A stretch of 36,849 nt of DNA from Treponema sp. (lineage in GTDB: Bacteria > Spirochaetota > Spirochaetia > Treponematales > Breznakiellaceae), in assembly GCA_031273835.1 (NCBI GenBank), contig JAISRD010000188.1, forward strand, positions 1 through 36,849, read 5' to 3'. Below, one piece after another: positions 19,554 to 26,834 of this stretch. A program made the position numbers and the translations under genes. Each line of letters starts with the position of its first letter. The first letter of the stretch is position 1. A model generated the notes under the pieces. It saw only the letters and a program-made list of their open reading frames with translations. It searched no databases and was not told the origin of the DNA.

Positions 19554-19838
19554 TTATACGCCCTCAAAAACAGCTATCTTCTCTTCCTTGGGAAGCCGCA
19601 CTATGGCCTTTTTCCAGGTTGAGGTATGGCCGGGCCTGTTCCGCAGCCGCTTTGGTTTACCCCCCACCACCATGACCGTACAGGAAACGGGATGGACCTT
19701 GAAAAGCCTGCGGACCGCTTCTTTGATCTCAATTTTGTTGGCCCTGGGATCTACCTTAAAAACATACTTCCCCTGCTCCCGCAGTATATTGGCCTTTTCG
19801 GAAAGTACCGGCTCAATCAGGATTGATTCGTAGTTCAT
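19554..19838 (-). CDS. rplW: 50S ribosomal protein L23
   Basis: [10 protein letters not shown]..., [19 protein letters not shown]. Confidence 0.93.
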   Translation of the reverse strand: MNYESILIEPVLSEKANILREQGKYVFKVDPRANKIEIKEAVRRLFKVHPVSCTVMVVGGKPKRLRNRPGHTSTWKKAIVRLPKEEKIAVFEGV

Positions 19839-20473
19839 TGGGCGGCCTCTTTTCCGTAAAATTCGCTGAGATTTTTCGCCGCTGTTTCAAACAGCAGCAC
19901 CCTGCGGCCGTAGAATAGATCGTGGGCCCGCAGGCGGTTATAGGAGAGGAAAGAAAGCCAGGGAATATTCGCCCCCGCCCGCTTTACCATGGGATCGTCG
20001 TCTTTGAGGATCACCACGGTCCGTTCCGGGACGCCGAAATTATTCAACAGCGCCGCCAGATCCCTGGTTTTTCCCGATTCTATTGAAAAATCCTCCACCA
20101 CCTTGAGGTTATCGCTTTGAACCTTGAGGCTGAGTATGGTTTTAAGGGCAAGGCGTTTTGCCTTTTTGGGGATAGCGTAGGAAAAGTCCCTGGGCTTGGG
20201 TCCGAAGATCGTTCCGCCGCCGACCAGGATCGGGGATTTTTTATCCCCCCGCCGGGCGCGGCCGGTTCCTTTTTGTTTATAGGGCTTGGCGTTTGAACCG
20301 TGGACTTCGCCGCGGTCCTTGGTCGAAGCGGTACCAAGCCTTTTATTGGCAAGCTCGTTATTGACGGCATACCAGATAAGATCGTCGTTTATGGGCAGGC
20401 CGAATACGCTGTCGTCCAGCTCTATGGAGCGCAGTTCCTTGCCTTCCCTGGAATACACTGTACGGTTCATCAT
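19835..20473 (-). CDS. rplD: 50S ribosomal protein L4
   Basis: [34 protein letters not shown]. It overlaps the rplW start by 4 nt. Confidence 0.95.
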   Translation of the reverse strand: MMNRTVYSREGKELRSIELDDSVFGLPINDDLIWYAVNNELANKRLGTASTKDRGEVHGSNAKPYKQKGTGRARRGDKKSPILVGGGTIFGPKPRDFSYAIPKKAKRLALKTILSLKVQSDNLKVVEDFSIESGKTRDLAALLNNFGVPERTVVILKDDDPMVKRAGANIPWLSFLSYNRLRAHDLFYGRRVLLFETAAKNLSEFYGKEAAQ

Positions 20474-20481
20474 CGTCCTCG

Positions 20482-21102
20482 TTATTTTTTAACCGCGGCC
20501 CTGACCGTTACCAAACTGCGGTTAACGCCCGGTACGGCGCCCCGCACCATCAGAAGCTGCTTTTCCGTATCCAGCTTAACCACCCTAAGGCTCAGCACGG
20601 TTACCTGTTCCCGCCCCATGCGTCCGGGAAGTTTTACATTCTTGAAGGTCTTATGGGGATAGGTGGACTGCCCCGTCGAGCCGGGCTCACGGTGAAATTT
20701 AGAACCGTGGGTACGGCGGCCTCCGGCAAAACCCCAGCGCTTCACAACGCCCTGAAATCCCTTGCCTTTGGAAATTCCCGTTACATCCACATAACGGCAG
20801 CCTTCAAACAGTTCCGCCCCCAGGGCGTCTCCGGCCTGTACGTTCTTTTCAAAATCCCTGAATTCCCTTACGGTTTTTTTCGGGGGGATATTCTCCGGAA
20901 ACTGGCCGGCATAGGGCTTCTTGATTTTAATTTTCTTCATATCATCAACCCCAAGAAGCACCGCCTCGTAGCCGTCCTTTTCCTTTTCTTTCCGGGCTAT
21001 GACCATGTTAGGATCGATGCGCAAGACCGTTACCGGCACAAGGTAACCTGTCTCGTCAAAGATCTGCGTCATTCCCACTTTTTTGGCCATAAGACCCAGC
21101 AT
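20482..21102 (-). CDS. rplC: 50S ribosomal protein L3
   Basis: GLMAKKVGMTQIFDE..., KGKGFQGVVKRWGFAGG. Confidence 0.95.
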   Translation of the reverse strand: MLGLMAKKVGMTQIFDETGYLVPVTVLRIDPNMVIARKEKEKDGYEAVLLGVDDMKKIKIKKPYAGQFPENIPPKKTVREFRDFEKNVQAGDALGAELFEGCRYVDVTGISKGKGFQGVVKRWGFAGGRRTHGSKFHREPGSTGQSTYPHKTFKNVKLPGRMGREQVTVLSLRVVKLDTEKQLLMVRGAVPGVNRSLVTVRAAVKK

Positions 21103-21184
21103 GATAACCTCTGTTTTGCACGGCTAAAAGCCGCATCTCTTATCAACGTAAATAAAAAATTCATGACCCGCATGAAAAATCGAA

Positions 21185-21493
21185 CTACTGCTTAATTTCC
21201 ACATCCACACCAGCGGGAAGCTCCAGCTTCATCAAGGAATCCATCACCTCCGAAGAGGGATTGATAATATCGATCAGCCTCTTGTGGGTACGCATCTCAA
21301 ACTGCTCACGGCTCTTTTTGTTCACATGGGGCGAACGGAGTACCGTAAACTTATTTATACGGGTAGGAAGGGGAATGGGACCGGTTACTTTGGCCCCCGC
21401 CTTCTGCACCGTTTGAACGATAGATTTCGCACTCTGATCGATCAACTCCACATCGAAACCGCGTAGTTTTACGCGAATTCGTTCCATAGCCAT
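21185..21493 (-). CDS. rpsJ: 30S ribosomal protein S10
   Basis: [22 protein letters not shown]..., [23 protein letters not shown]. Confidence 0.95.
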   Translation of the reverse strand: MAMERIRVKLRGFDVELIDQSAKSIVQTVQKAGAKVTGPIPLPTRINKFTVLRSPHVNKKSREQFEMRTHKRLIDIINPSSEVMDSLMKLELPAGVDVEIKQ

Positions 21494-21529
21494 TACTCCT
21501 CCGCCCCAAGATCATTGGGGAAATAAACT

Positions 21530-21569
21530 AAAAACCCGGCGCTTCCCCAGAGGGGCTTGCCGGGTTTTC
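21530..21569 (-). terminator. Intrinsic-terminator-like hairpin plus T-tract between tuf and rpsJ (probable attenuator or partial terminator)
   Basis: In the mRNA sense it reads AAAACCCGGC-(18 nt with an inner CCCC/GGGG stem)-GCCGGGTTTTT AGTTTATTT. It begins 8 nt after the tuf stop and ends about 36 nt before the rpsJ ATG. Confidence 0.6.
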
Positions 21570-21576
21570 CGCGCAA

Positions 21577-22776
21577 TTACTCTACGATTTCCACAACCTG
21601 GCCGGAAGCGACGGTTTTGCCCCCCTCACGGATGGCAAAACGGAGCCCCTTTTCCATGGCGATAGGATGGATCAGCTCGCCGAAGATTTCGGTATTATCG
21701 CCGGGCATAACCATTTCCTTGCCTTCGGGCAGTTCGACCGTACCGGTAATATCGGTGGTCCGGAAATAGAACTGGGGCCGGTAACCCTTAAAGAAGGGGC
21801 TGTGACGTCCGCCCTCTTCCTTGGAAAGACAGTAGATCTGACCCTTGAATTTGCTGTGGGGATTGATGGAACCGGGTTTTGCGAGAACCTGTCCGCGCTC
21901 CACTTCCTTCTTTTCTATGCCGCGGAGCAGGGTGCCGACATTGTCGCCGGACTGGGCCTGATCAAGGAGCTTGTTAAACATTTCAATGCCGGTAACAACG
22001 GTCTTCTTGGTAGGTCTAATGCCGACGATTTCGATTTCTTCGCCGAGCTTGAGTATGCCCCGCTCCACCTTGCCGGTAACGACCGTACCGCGACCGGGTA
22101 TCGTAAAGACATCCTCGATGGGCATGATGAAGGGCTTCGCATCGTCCCGGATAGGATCGGGGAAATAGCTGTCCATGGCGTCGAGGAGTTCCTGAATACA
22201 GCCGGTATCTTCGTTTTCCTCACCCTTATTGAGGGCCTCCATGGCCTTAAAAGCGGAACCCTTAATAATGGGAATCTCATTGCCGGGGAAACCATTGGCG
22301 GTAAGCACATCCTTGACTTCCTCTTCCACGATTTCCAGCAGATCCGGATCGTCCACCGCGTCAATCTTGTTGAGGAACACAATGATATTGGGGACCCCTA
22401 CCTGGCGGGCCAGAATGATATGCTCCCGGGTCTGGGGCATAACCGAATCCGGCGCGGAAACGACAAGAACGGCGCCGTCCATCTGGGCCGCCCCGGTGAT
22501 CATGTTTTTAATGTAGTCCGCGTGGCCGGGACAGTCGATATGGGCATAGTGCCGCTTATCGGACTGATATTCCAGGTGCCGGGTATTGATAGTGATGCCC
22601 CGGGCCTTCTCCTCAGGAGCATTATCAATATCATCAAATTTCATGACCTTATCACCGTAGTGCTTTCCGCAGTACATTGTGATGGCTGCGGAAAGGGTGG
22701 TCTTGCCGTGGTCAACATGTCCTATGGTGCCCACGTTCATGTGGATCTTTGTTCTATTGAACTTATCCTTTGCCAT
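21577..22776 (-). CDS. tuf: Elongation factor Tu
   Basis: [40 protein letters not shown]; 399 aa. Confidence 0.97.
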   Translation of the reverse strand: MAKDKFNRTKIHMNVGTIGHVDHGKTTLSAAITMYCGKHYGDKVMKFDDIDNAPEEKARGITINTRHLEYQSDKRHYAHIDCPGHADYIKNMITGAAQMDGAVLVVSAPDSVMPQTREHIILARQVGVPNIIVFLNKIDAVDDPDLLEIVEEEVKDVLTANGFPGNEIPIIKGSAFKAMEALNKGEENEDTGCIQELLDAMDSYFPDPIRDDAKPFIMPIEDVFTIPGRGTVVTGKVERGILKLGEEIEIVGIRPTKKTVVTGIEMFNKLLDQAQSGDNVGTLLRGIEKKEVERGQVLAKPGSINPHSKFKGQIYCLSKEEGGRHSPFFKGYRPQFYFRTTDITGTVELPEGKEMVMPGDNTEIFGELIHPIAMEKGLRFAIREGGKTVASGQVVEIVE

Positions 22777-22939
22777 TACTTCTTCCTCCTCAATATATTA
22801 AAGCCAAAATACATTCACTTCTCACGCCGAACCGAAAAGGTTTTTAAGGAGGGGACGAAAAGACAAGCATAACCCCGGAGGGATAACAAGACTATCGTTC
22901 CACCTATCCCATCAAAACTGATGATCGGTTTGGACATCC

Positions 22940-22984
22940 GGCAATTGCCAGGGGCAATTACCATAATTTGCTAAAGCAAATTAT
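22940..22984 (-). repeat. Two abutting perfect or near-perfect hairpins/palindromes immediately downstream of rpsG
   Basis: GGCAATTGCC (22940-22949), agg, GGCAATTACC (22953-22962). The first copy is self-palindromic, so in the mRNA sense the pair forms a 10-bp stem with one G.U and a 3-nt loop. This is followed by ATAATTTGCT-aa-AGCAAATTAT (22963-22984), a perfect 10-bp inverted repeat. Confidence 0.6.
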
Positions 22985-22994
22985 CTATGGCCCT

Positions 22995-23465
22995 TTACCA
23001 CCTATAATGGGCAAAGGCCTTATTTGCCTCCGCCATTTTATGCGTATCCTCACGCTTTTTGAAGGCCGTTCCGGTGCTATTATACGCGTCCAGCAACTCC
23101 GCCGCAAGCCTGTCTCCCATGCCGCGGCCGGTACGGCTCCTGGCGGCGTTGATAATCCACCGCATACCAAGGGCTTCCCGCCTGATCTCCCTGATCTCCA
23201 CAGGAACCTGGTAGGTAGCGCCCCCGACCCGCCTGGATTTAACCTCCACCATGGGCTTTACATTATCAATGGCCTTGAGAAACACCTCCAAAGGTTCTTT
23301 TTCCACCTTTGACTGGAGTATCCCCATGGCTTCATGGACGATACGGAGGGACACGGAACGTTTACCCTCCCACATCATACGGTTTACAAATTTAGAAACC
23401 ACCACGCTGTTGTATTTAGGATCCGGAAGTATGCCCCGGTCCACCGTTTTCTTCTTCCTGCCCAT
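22995..23465 (-). CDS. rpsG: 30S ribosomal protein S7
   Basis: [28 protein letters not shown]...[11 protein letters not shown] (156 aa). The 94-aa upstream extension in the ORF track overlaps rpsL out of frame and is rejected. Confidence 0.95.
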   Translation of the reverse strand: MGRKKKTVDRGILPDPKYNSVVVSKFVNRMMWEGKRSVSLRIVHEAMGILQSKVEKEPLEVFLKAIDNVKPMVEVKSRRVGGATYQVPVEIREIRREALGMRWIINAARSRTGRGMGDRLAAELLDAYNSTGTAFKKREDTHKMAEANKAFAHYRW

Positions 23466-23470
23466 AACGC

Positions 23471-23845
23471 CTATGCCTTTGGCCGTTTGGCGCCGTATTT
23501 TGAACGGCTCCGCTTGCGGTCTTCCACGCCAAGGGTATCCTTGGCGCCCCTGATAATGTGGTAACGGACCCCGGGGAGGTCCTTTACCCGGCCGCCCCTG
23601 ACCAGAACAACCGAATGTTCCTGCAGGTTGTGGCCTATGCCGGGAATATAGGCGGTAACCTCGGTCCCATGGGAAAGCCGTACACGGGCAACCTTGCGGA
23701 GGGCCGAATTCGGCTTTTTGGGCGTAACGGTCATCACCCTGGTACAAACCCCCCGCTTTTGAGGGCAGGATTGCAGGGCCGGTGACTTTGTTTTGGAAGT
23801 GATCTTCTGCCTTCCAAAACGGACCAACTGGTTGATCGTAGGCAC
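23471..23845 (-). CDS. rpsL: 30S ribosomal protein S12 (GTG start)
   Basis: [13 protein letters not shown]..., [30 protein letters not shown]. An AAGGAG RBS lies 6 nt upstream of the GTG at 23845. Confidence 0.95.
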   Translation of the reverse strand: MPTINQLVRFGRQKITSKTKSPALQSCPQKRGVCTRVMTVTPKKPNSALRKVARVRLSHGTEVTAYIPGIGHNLQEHSVVLVRGGRVKDLPGVRYHIIRGAKDTLGVEDRKRSRSKYGAKRPKA

Positions 23846-24111
23846 TAAAAGCTCCTTATACCGCGGTTAAGGGACCATCCCGGCGGAACCGGAACAAAAC
23901 CGCAACTGCGGCACAGCATCAGAGACTCCAAAAAAAGGTACTAATAAAACCAGGAGTCAAAATATATAGAAAACGGGAAACCCGTATTCTTTCGCCAAGG
24001 AGCTATAGTTTTACCAAAAAACAAAAAAAAGATCAAGCCCCCGGTGAAAAAAACTTACAAAAATCCTCTAAGTTTTGCCGATTTTGCGGAAATTTCGCCG
24101 GATTTACCGGT

Positions 24112-24139
24112 TTGCTCAATCTTAAAAACATGTTAGAAT
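24112..24139 (+). promoter_or_regulatory. Near-consensus extended -10 promoter for the 24163 gene pair
   Basis: TTGCTC (24112-24117), 16 nt ending in TGt, TAGAAT (24134-24139), with the ATG at 24163. Confidence 0.5.
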
Positions 24140-24162
24140 CTTAATATAACAAAGGCAATGCT

Positions 24163-24807
24163 ATGAAGGAAATAGAAAACTCCGGATACGGGTCCCTCCG
24201 GGCCTCTTTCCTGGAGTTCCGTGAAAAATACCGGGAGCGGAAAGAAGAAATCCGGGCCCTCCTTGCGAAAACAGAGGCCGCAAAGAGGGAAACCCTTGGA
24301 TTTCTAAAAAAGGCAAACCGCTGTACCCGGTATTTAACCGGAAAACAAAGGCGGGAAACGGGAATTTTGTACCACCCCGGTTTTTTTGATTCCCGCATCA
24401 GAGGGCATACCCGGCCTGTCCCCGTTACCCCTTCCTCCCCCGATCTGAAAAGGGAAATTCCGCCGGAATTTCCCGGAAAAAAGCTCCCCCGGGAGCTAAA
24501 GGAGGAAGAAATAAAACTGCTCCGCCTTATCAATTCCCTAAAAAAAGAACTTTTAGCCCTGGATCTCCTGGAAATGCGGTGCCGGGAACTGCTTCTTTCG
24601 GCCGCAAAAGCCCTGGAAGCGTTTACCCATGAATACCGCCTCATACGCCGCCGTATCTACCCCTTCAGGTTCTTCAGCGCCCTCTCCAAATCCTTCCGTC
24701 GCCTGCGGGGGCTTTCTTATTTTTCGTCCGGGGATCTGCGGGAACTGACGGTTCTGGGGGAGCTTACCGGCCATGTAGTAAAAATAGCCGATTCACCGGT
24801 ACTATAA
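24163..24807 (+). CDS. Hypothetical basic coiled-coil protein (214 aa), no recognisable family
   Basis: An ATG ORF downstream of the strong promoter. It has a K/E/R-rich helical N-terminus, a Pro-rich linker (HTRPVPVTPSSPDLKREIPPEFPGKKLP) and a helical C-terminus (RRRIYPFRFF). No signal peptide or TM segment. The antisense ORF is a Ser/Arg/Phe-rich shadow. Confidence 0.6.
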   Translation: MKEIENSGYGSLRASFLEFREKYRERKEEIRALLAKTEAAKRETLGFLKKANRCTRYLTGKQRRETGILYHPGFFDSRIRGHTRPVPVTPSSPDLKREIPPEFPGKKLPRELKEEEIKLLRLINSLKKELLALDLLEMRCRELLLSAAKALEAFTHEYRLIRRRIYPFRFFSALSKSFRRLRGLSYFSSGDLRELTVLGELTGHVVKIADSPVL

Positions 24808-24841
24808 AAAAGACCGATACTAAAAGAAACAGAGGAGCGGA

Positions 24842-25222
24842 ATGCCGGGTAAGCACATAGCCAAGATATTGAAAAACGCCGCCCCCATTCCCGCCGAGGA
24901 AATTCCCCGGTTTTTTGAACTGCTCCTGGAATGTCAGCATGAATCGGAAATAACCAAACGGGAAATAGAAAAACTATCCTCCATGAAGGAGGTGATGATC
25001 CGGGAGATCACCGGAAAGTACAGTTTTTATGAATTTTTCTTTAACCGGATCTTTGCCGAACGCCAGGAAGCGATAAAAAAAGACTTTGAGATAATTGATA
25101 AGGGCATAAAGGAGAATAACCGTGAACTGCTGTCCGCGGGGATCTCCGGCCTCTCCCAGGTGGTGGCCTCAAGCCCCTTTACCGACCTGGACAAGCTCCG
25201 TAAAATGCTTGAATCCTTTTAG
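24842..25222 (+). CDS. Hypothetical helical protein (126 aa), no recognisable family
   Basis: An AGAGGAG RBS lies 4 nt upstream of the ATG, 34 nt after the preceding gene. It is helical, rich in charged residues, and has no motif I can recognise. Confidence 0.6.
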   Translation: MPGKHIAKILKNAAPIPAEEIPRFFELLLECQHESEITKREIEKLSSMKEVMIREITGKYSFYEFFFNRIFAERQEAIKKDFEIIDKGIKENNRELLSAGISGLSQVVASSPFTDLDKLRKMLESF

Positions 25223-25420
25223 GGGCGGAATTTAAGGGGCCTTGAGGAATTTCCGGTTTCGATTAAGCGCCTGGAGATCCCGGCAATTCTCAGTTTACCC
25301 GCCGCCCTACCGAACTCTGCGCTTTCCGGTACTCCCCGTCACATATCTCCAATGTCGTGTGAAACCGGAACGCCGATAGATTCAACAGAAAAAATATCTC
25401 CGCATAAACGGGATCTCGCC

Positions 25421-26830
25421 TTAAGTACCGCGCTCCGCCGCCGCTTCCAGGGCCGCCCTGATCCGCTCCGTTTCGTTTTCCGCCCCCCCGTATTCGGCGA
25501 GGATACGGCTTACTTTTTCGTAGCCCAGTACCGGCACATAGGACGCGGCAAAGGCACGGGAAGCGTTGAGCAGGGCGGCGCAGCGCTCGGGGTCGGCCTT
25601 GAGGGTTTCCACGCATTTGGTACGGAAAAGGAAACAGCCGTCTTTAAGGAGGCTTAGGCTTTCCAGCAGCGCGTCGGCCATGAGGGGGGCAAAGGCGTTC
25701 AGTTCAAATTCCCCACGGGAGGCGGCCATGGAGATCGCAGCGTCGTTGGCGCAGATCTTGATGCCCAGTTGTATCACCATTTCGGGGATCACGGGGTTGA
25801 CCTTACCCGCCATGATCGTGCTTCCCTTTTGAAGCGGGGCCAGGCGGATCTCGGCGAAGCCCCCACGGGGGCCCGAATTCATCAGCCTGAGGTCCCCGGC
25901 TATCTTCATCAAGTTCACCGCCAGGGCTTTAAGGAGTCCCGATACTTCCACAAAGACGTCCCAGTTCTGGGTCAGGTCCATGGGGTACTCCGCCGCCGCC
26001 AGGCCTATGCCGGTGATCCTCCGCAGTTCCTCGACGACCCGGTGGCGGTAACGGCGGAACGCCGCGGTATCCCCGGCCTTTGCAGCCGCGCCGCCCGCCC
26101 CGGGGCCCGCAAGGAAACCGGGGCCCCCCACCGCCGCGCCGCCGAGGTTTACCTGACGGAGCCTTTCTTCCACCTTGTAAAGCCGCCACCTGTCCCGGGC
26201 TATGGCCTGGGCGTAGGCGCCGAATTCCTCCCCCAGGGTAACGGGCACGGCGTCCATGAGCTCGGTGCGGCCCAGCTTACCTATACCGGCGTATTCGTTT
26301 TCTTTTTTTTGCAGGGCCTCCTGGAGGGCGGCGCAGGCTTCGGAAAGCTCCCGTAAAAGTTCGACGGCGGCAATGCGGAGCGCCGTGGGGTACACGTCGT
26401 TGGTGGACTGGAAACGGTTCACGTCCTCCAGGGGATGAAGGGCGCCGTAATCGCCGGGTTTCTTCCCCATGATGACCAGGGCGAGGTTGGACAGCACTTC
26501 GTTGACGTTCATGTGGGCCGAGGTTCCCGCCCCGCCCTGGAGGGCGCTGGTGATAAAGTCGCCGTCCGCTTTTCCGGCCAGGACCCTGTCGCAGGCTTCG
26601 GCGACGGCGCGGAATTTTTCCGCCTCCCCCGGCCTTTCCCCGGTTTCGGCGTAGAGTTCGGCGAAGACCAGGGCGGCGGCTTTCTTTACCTTTACCATGG
26701 CGTAAATAAGGCGGAGGTTTACCCTTTTATAGTCCAGGGCGAAATTCTCCCCCGCCCGGGCGGCTTCCAAACCGTAGAGGGCCTCATCGGGAAGGGATAA
26801 GGACCCCAGCCCGTCCTTTTCGATACGCAT
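25421..26830 (-). CDS. Aspartate ammonia-lyase-like protein (fumarase/aspartase lyase_1 superfamily)
   Basis: GAGTSAHMNVNEV, FQSTNDVYPTA (aspartase-type STND) and SS-loop signature GSTIMAGKVNPVIPE. It starts 5 nt after the hydF stop. Confidence 0.8.
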   Translation of the reverse strand: MRIEKDGLGSLSLPDEALYGLEAARAGENFALDYKRVNLRLIYAMVKVKKAAALVFAELYAETGERPGEAEKFRAVAEACDRVLAGKADGDFITSALQGGAGTSAHMNVNEVLSNLALVIMGKKPGDYGALHPLEDVNRFQSTNDVYPTALRIAAVELLRELSEACAALQEALQKKENEYAGIGKLGRTELMDAVPVTLGEEFGAYAQAIARDRWRLYKVEERLRQVNLGGAAVGGPGFLAGPGAGGAAAKAGDTAAFRRYRHRVVEELRRITGIGLAAAEYPMDLTQNWDVFVEVSGLLKALAVNLMKIAGDLRLMNSGPRGGFAEIRLAPLQKGSTIMAGKVNPVIPEMVIQLGIKICANDAAISMAASRGEFELNAFAPLMADALLESLSLLKDGCFLFRTKCVETLKADPERCAALLNASRAFAASYVPVLGYEKVSRILAEYGGAENETERIRAALEAAAERGT

Positions 26831-26834
26831 CGCC

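Noticed and set aside
18766-19833. 355-aa plus-strand ORF opposite rplB/rplW
   Set aside because: It is an antisense shadow of highly conserved ribosomal protein genes.
21667-22872. 401-aa plus-strand ORF opposite tuf
   Set aside because: It is an antisense shadow of EF-Tu. Long antisense frames recur throughout this window.
23466-23747. 94-codon upstream extension of rpsG in the 250-aa ORF
   Set aside because: It overlaps rpsL out of frame. S7 starts at MGRKKK (23465), 5 nt after the rpsL stop.
24141-24644. 167-aa minus-strand Ser/Arg/Phe-rich ORF
   Set aside because: Its composition is what the antisense of a Lys/Glu/Arg-rich coiled-coil gene produces. The promoter, the ATG and the downstream RBS-led partner all support the plus strand.
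25290-25657. 108-aa (-) and 101-aa (+) ORFs around the 3' end of the lyase gene
   Set aside because: They overlap the conserved C-terminus of the aspartase-like gene or the spacer, are Arg/Gly/Pro-rich, and have no RBS.
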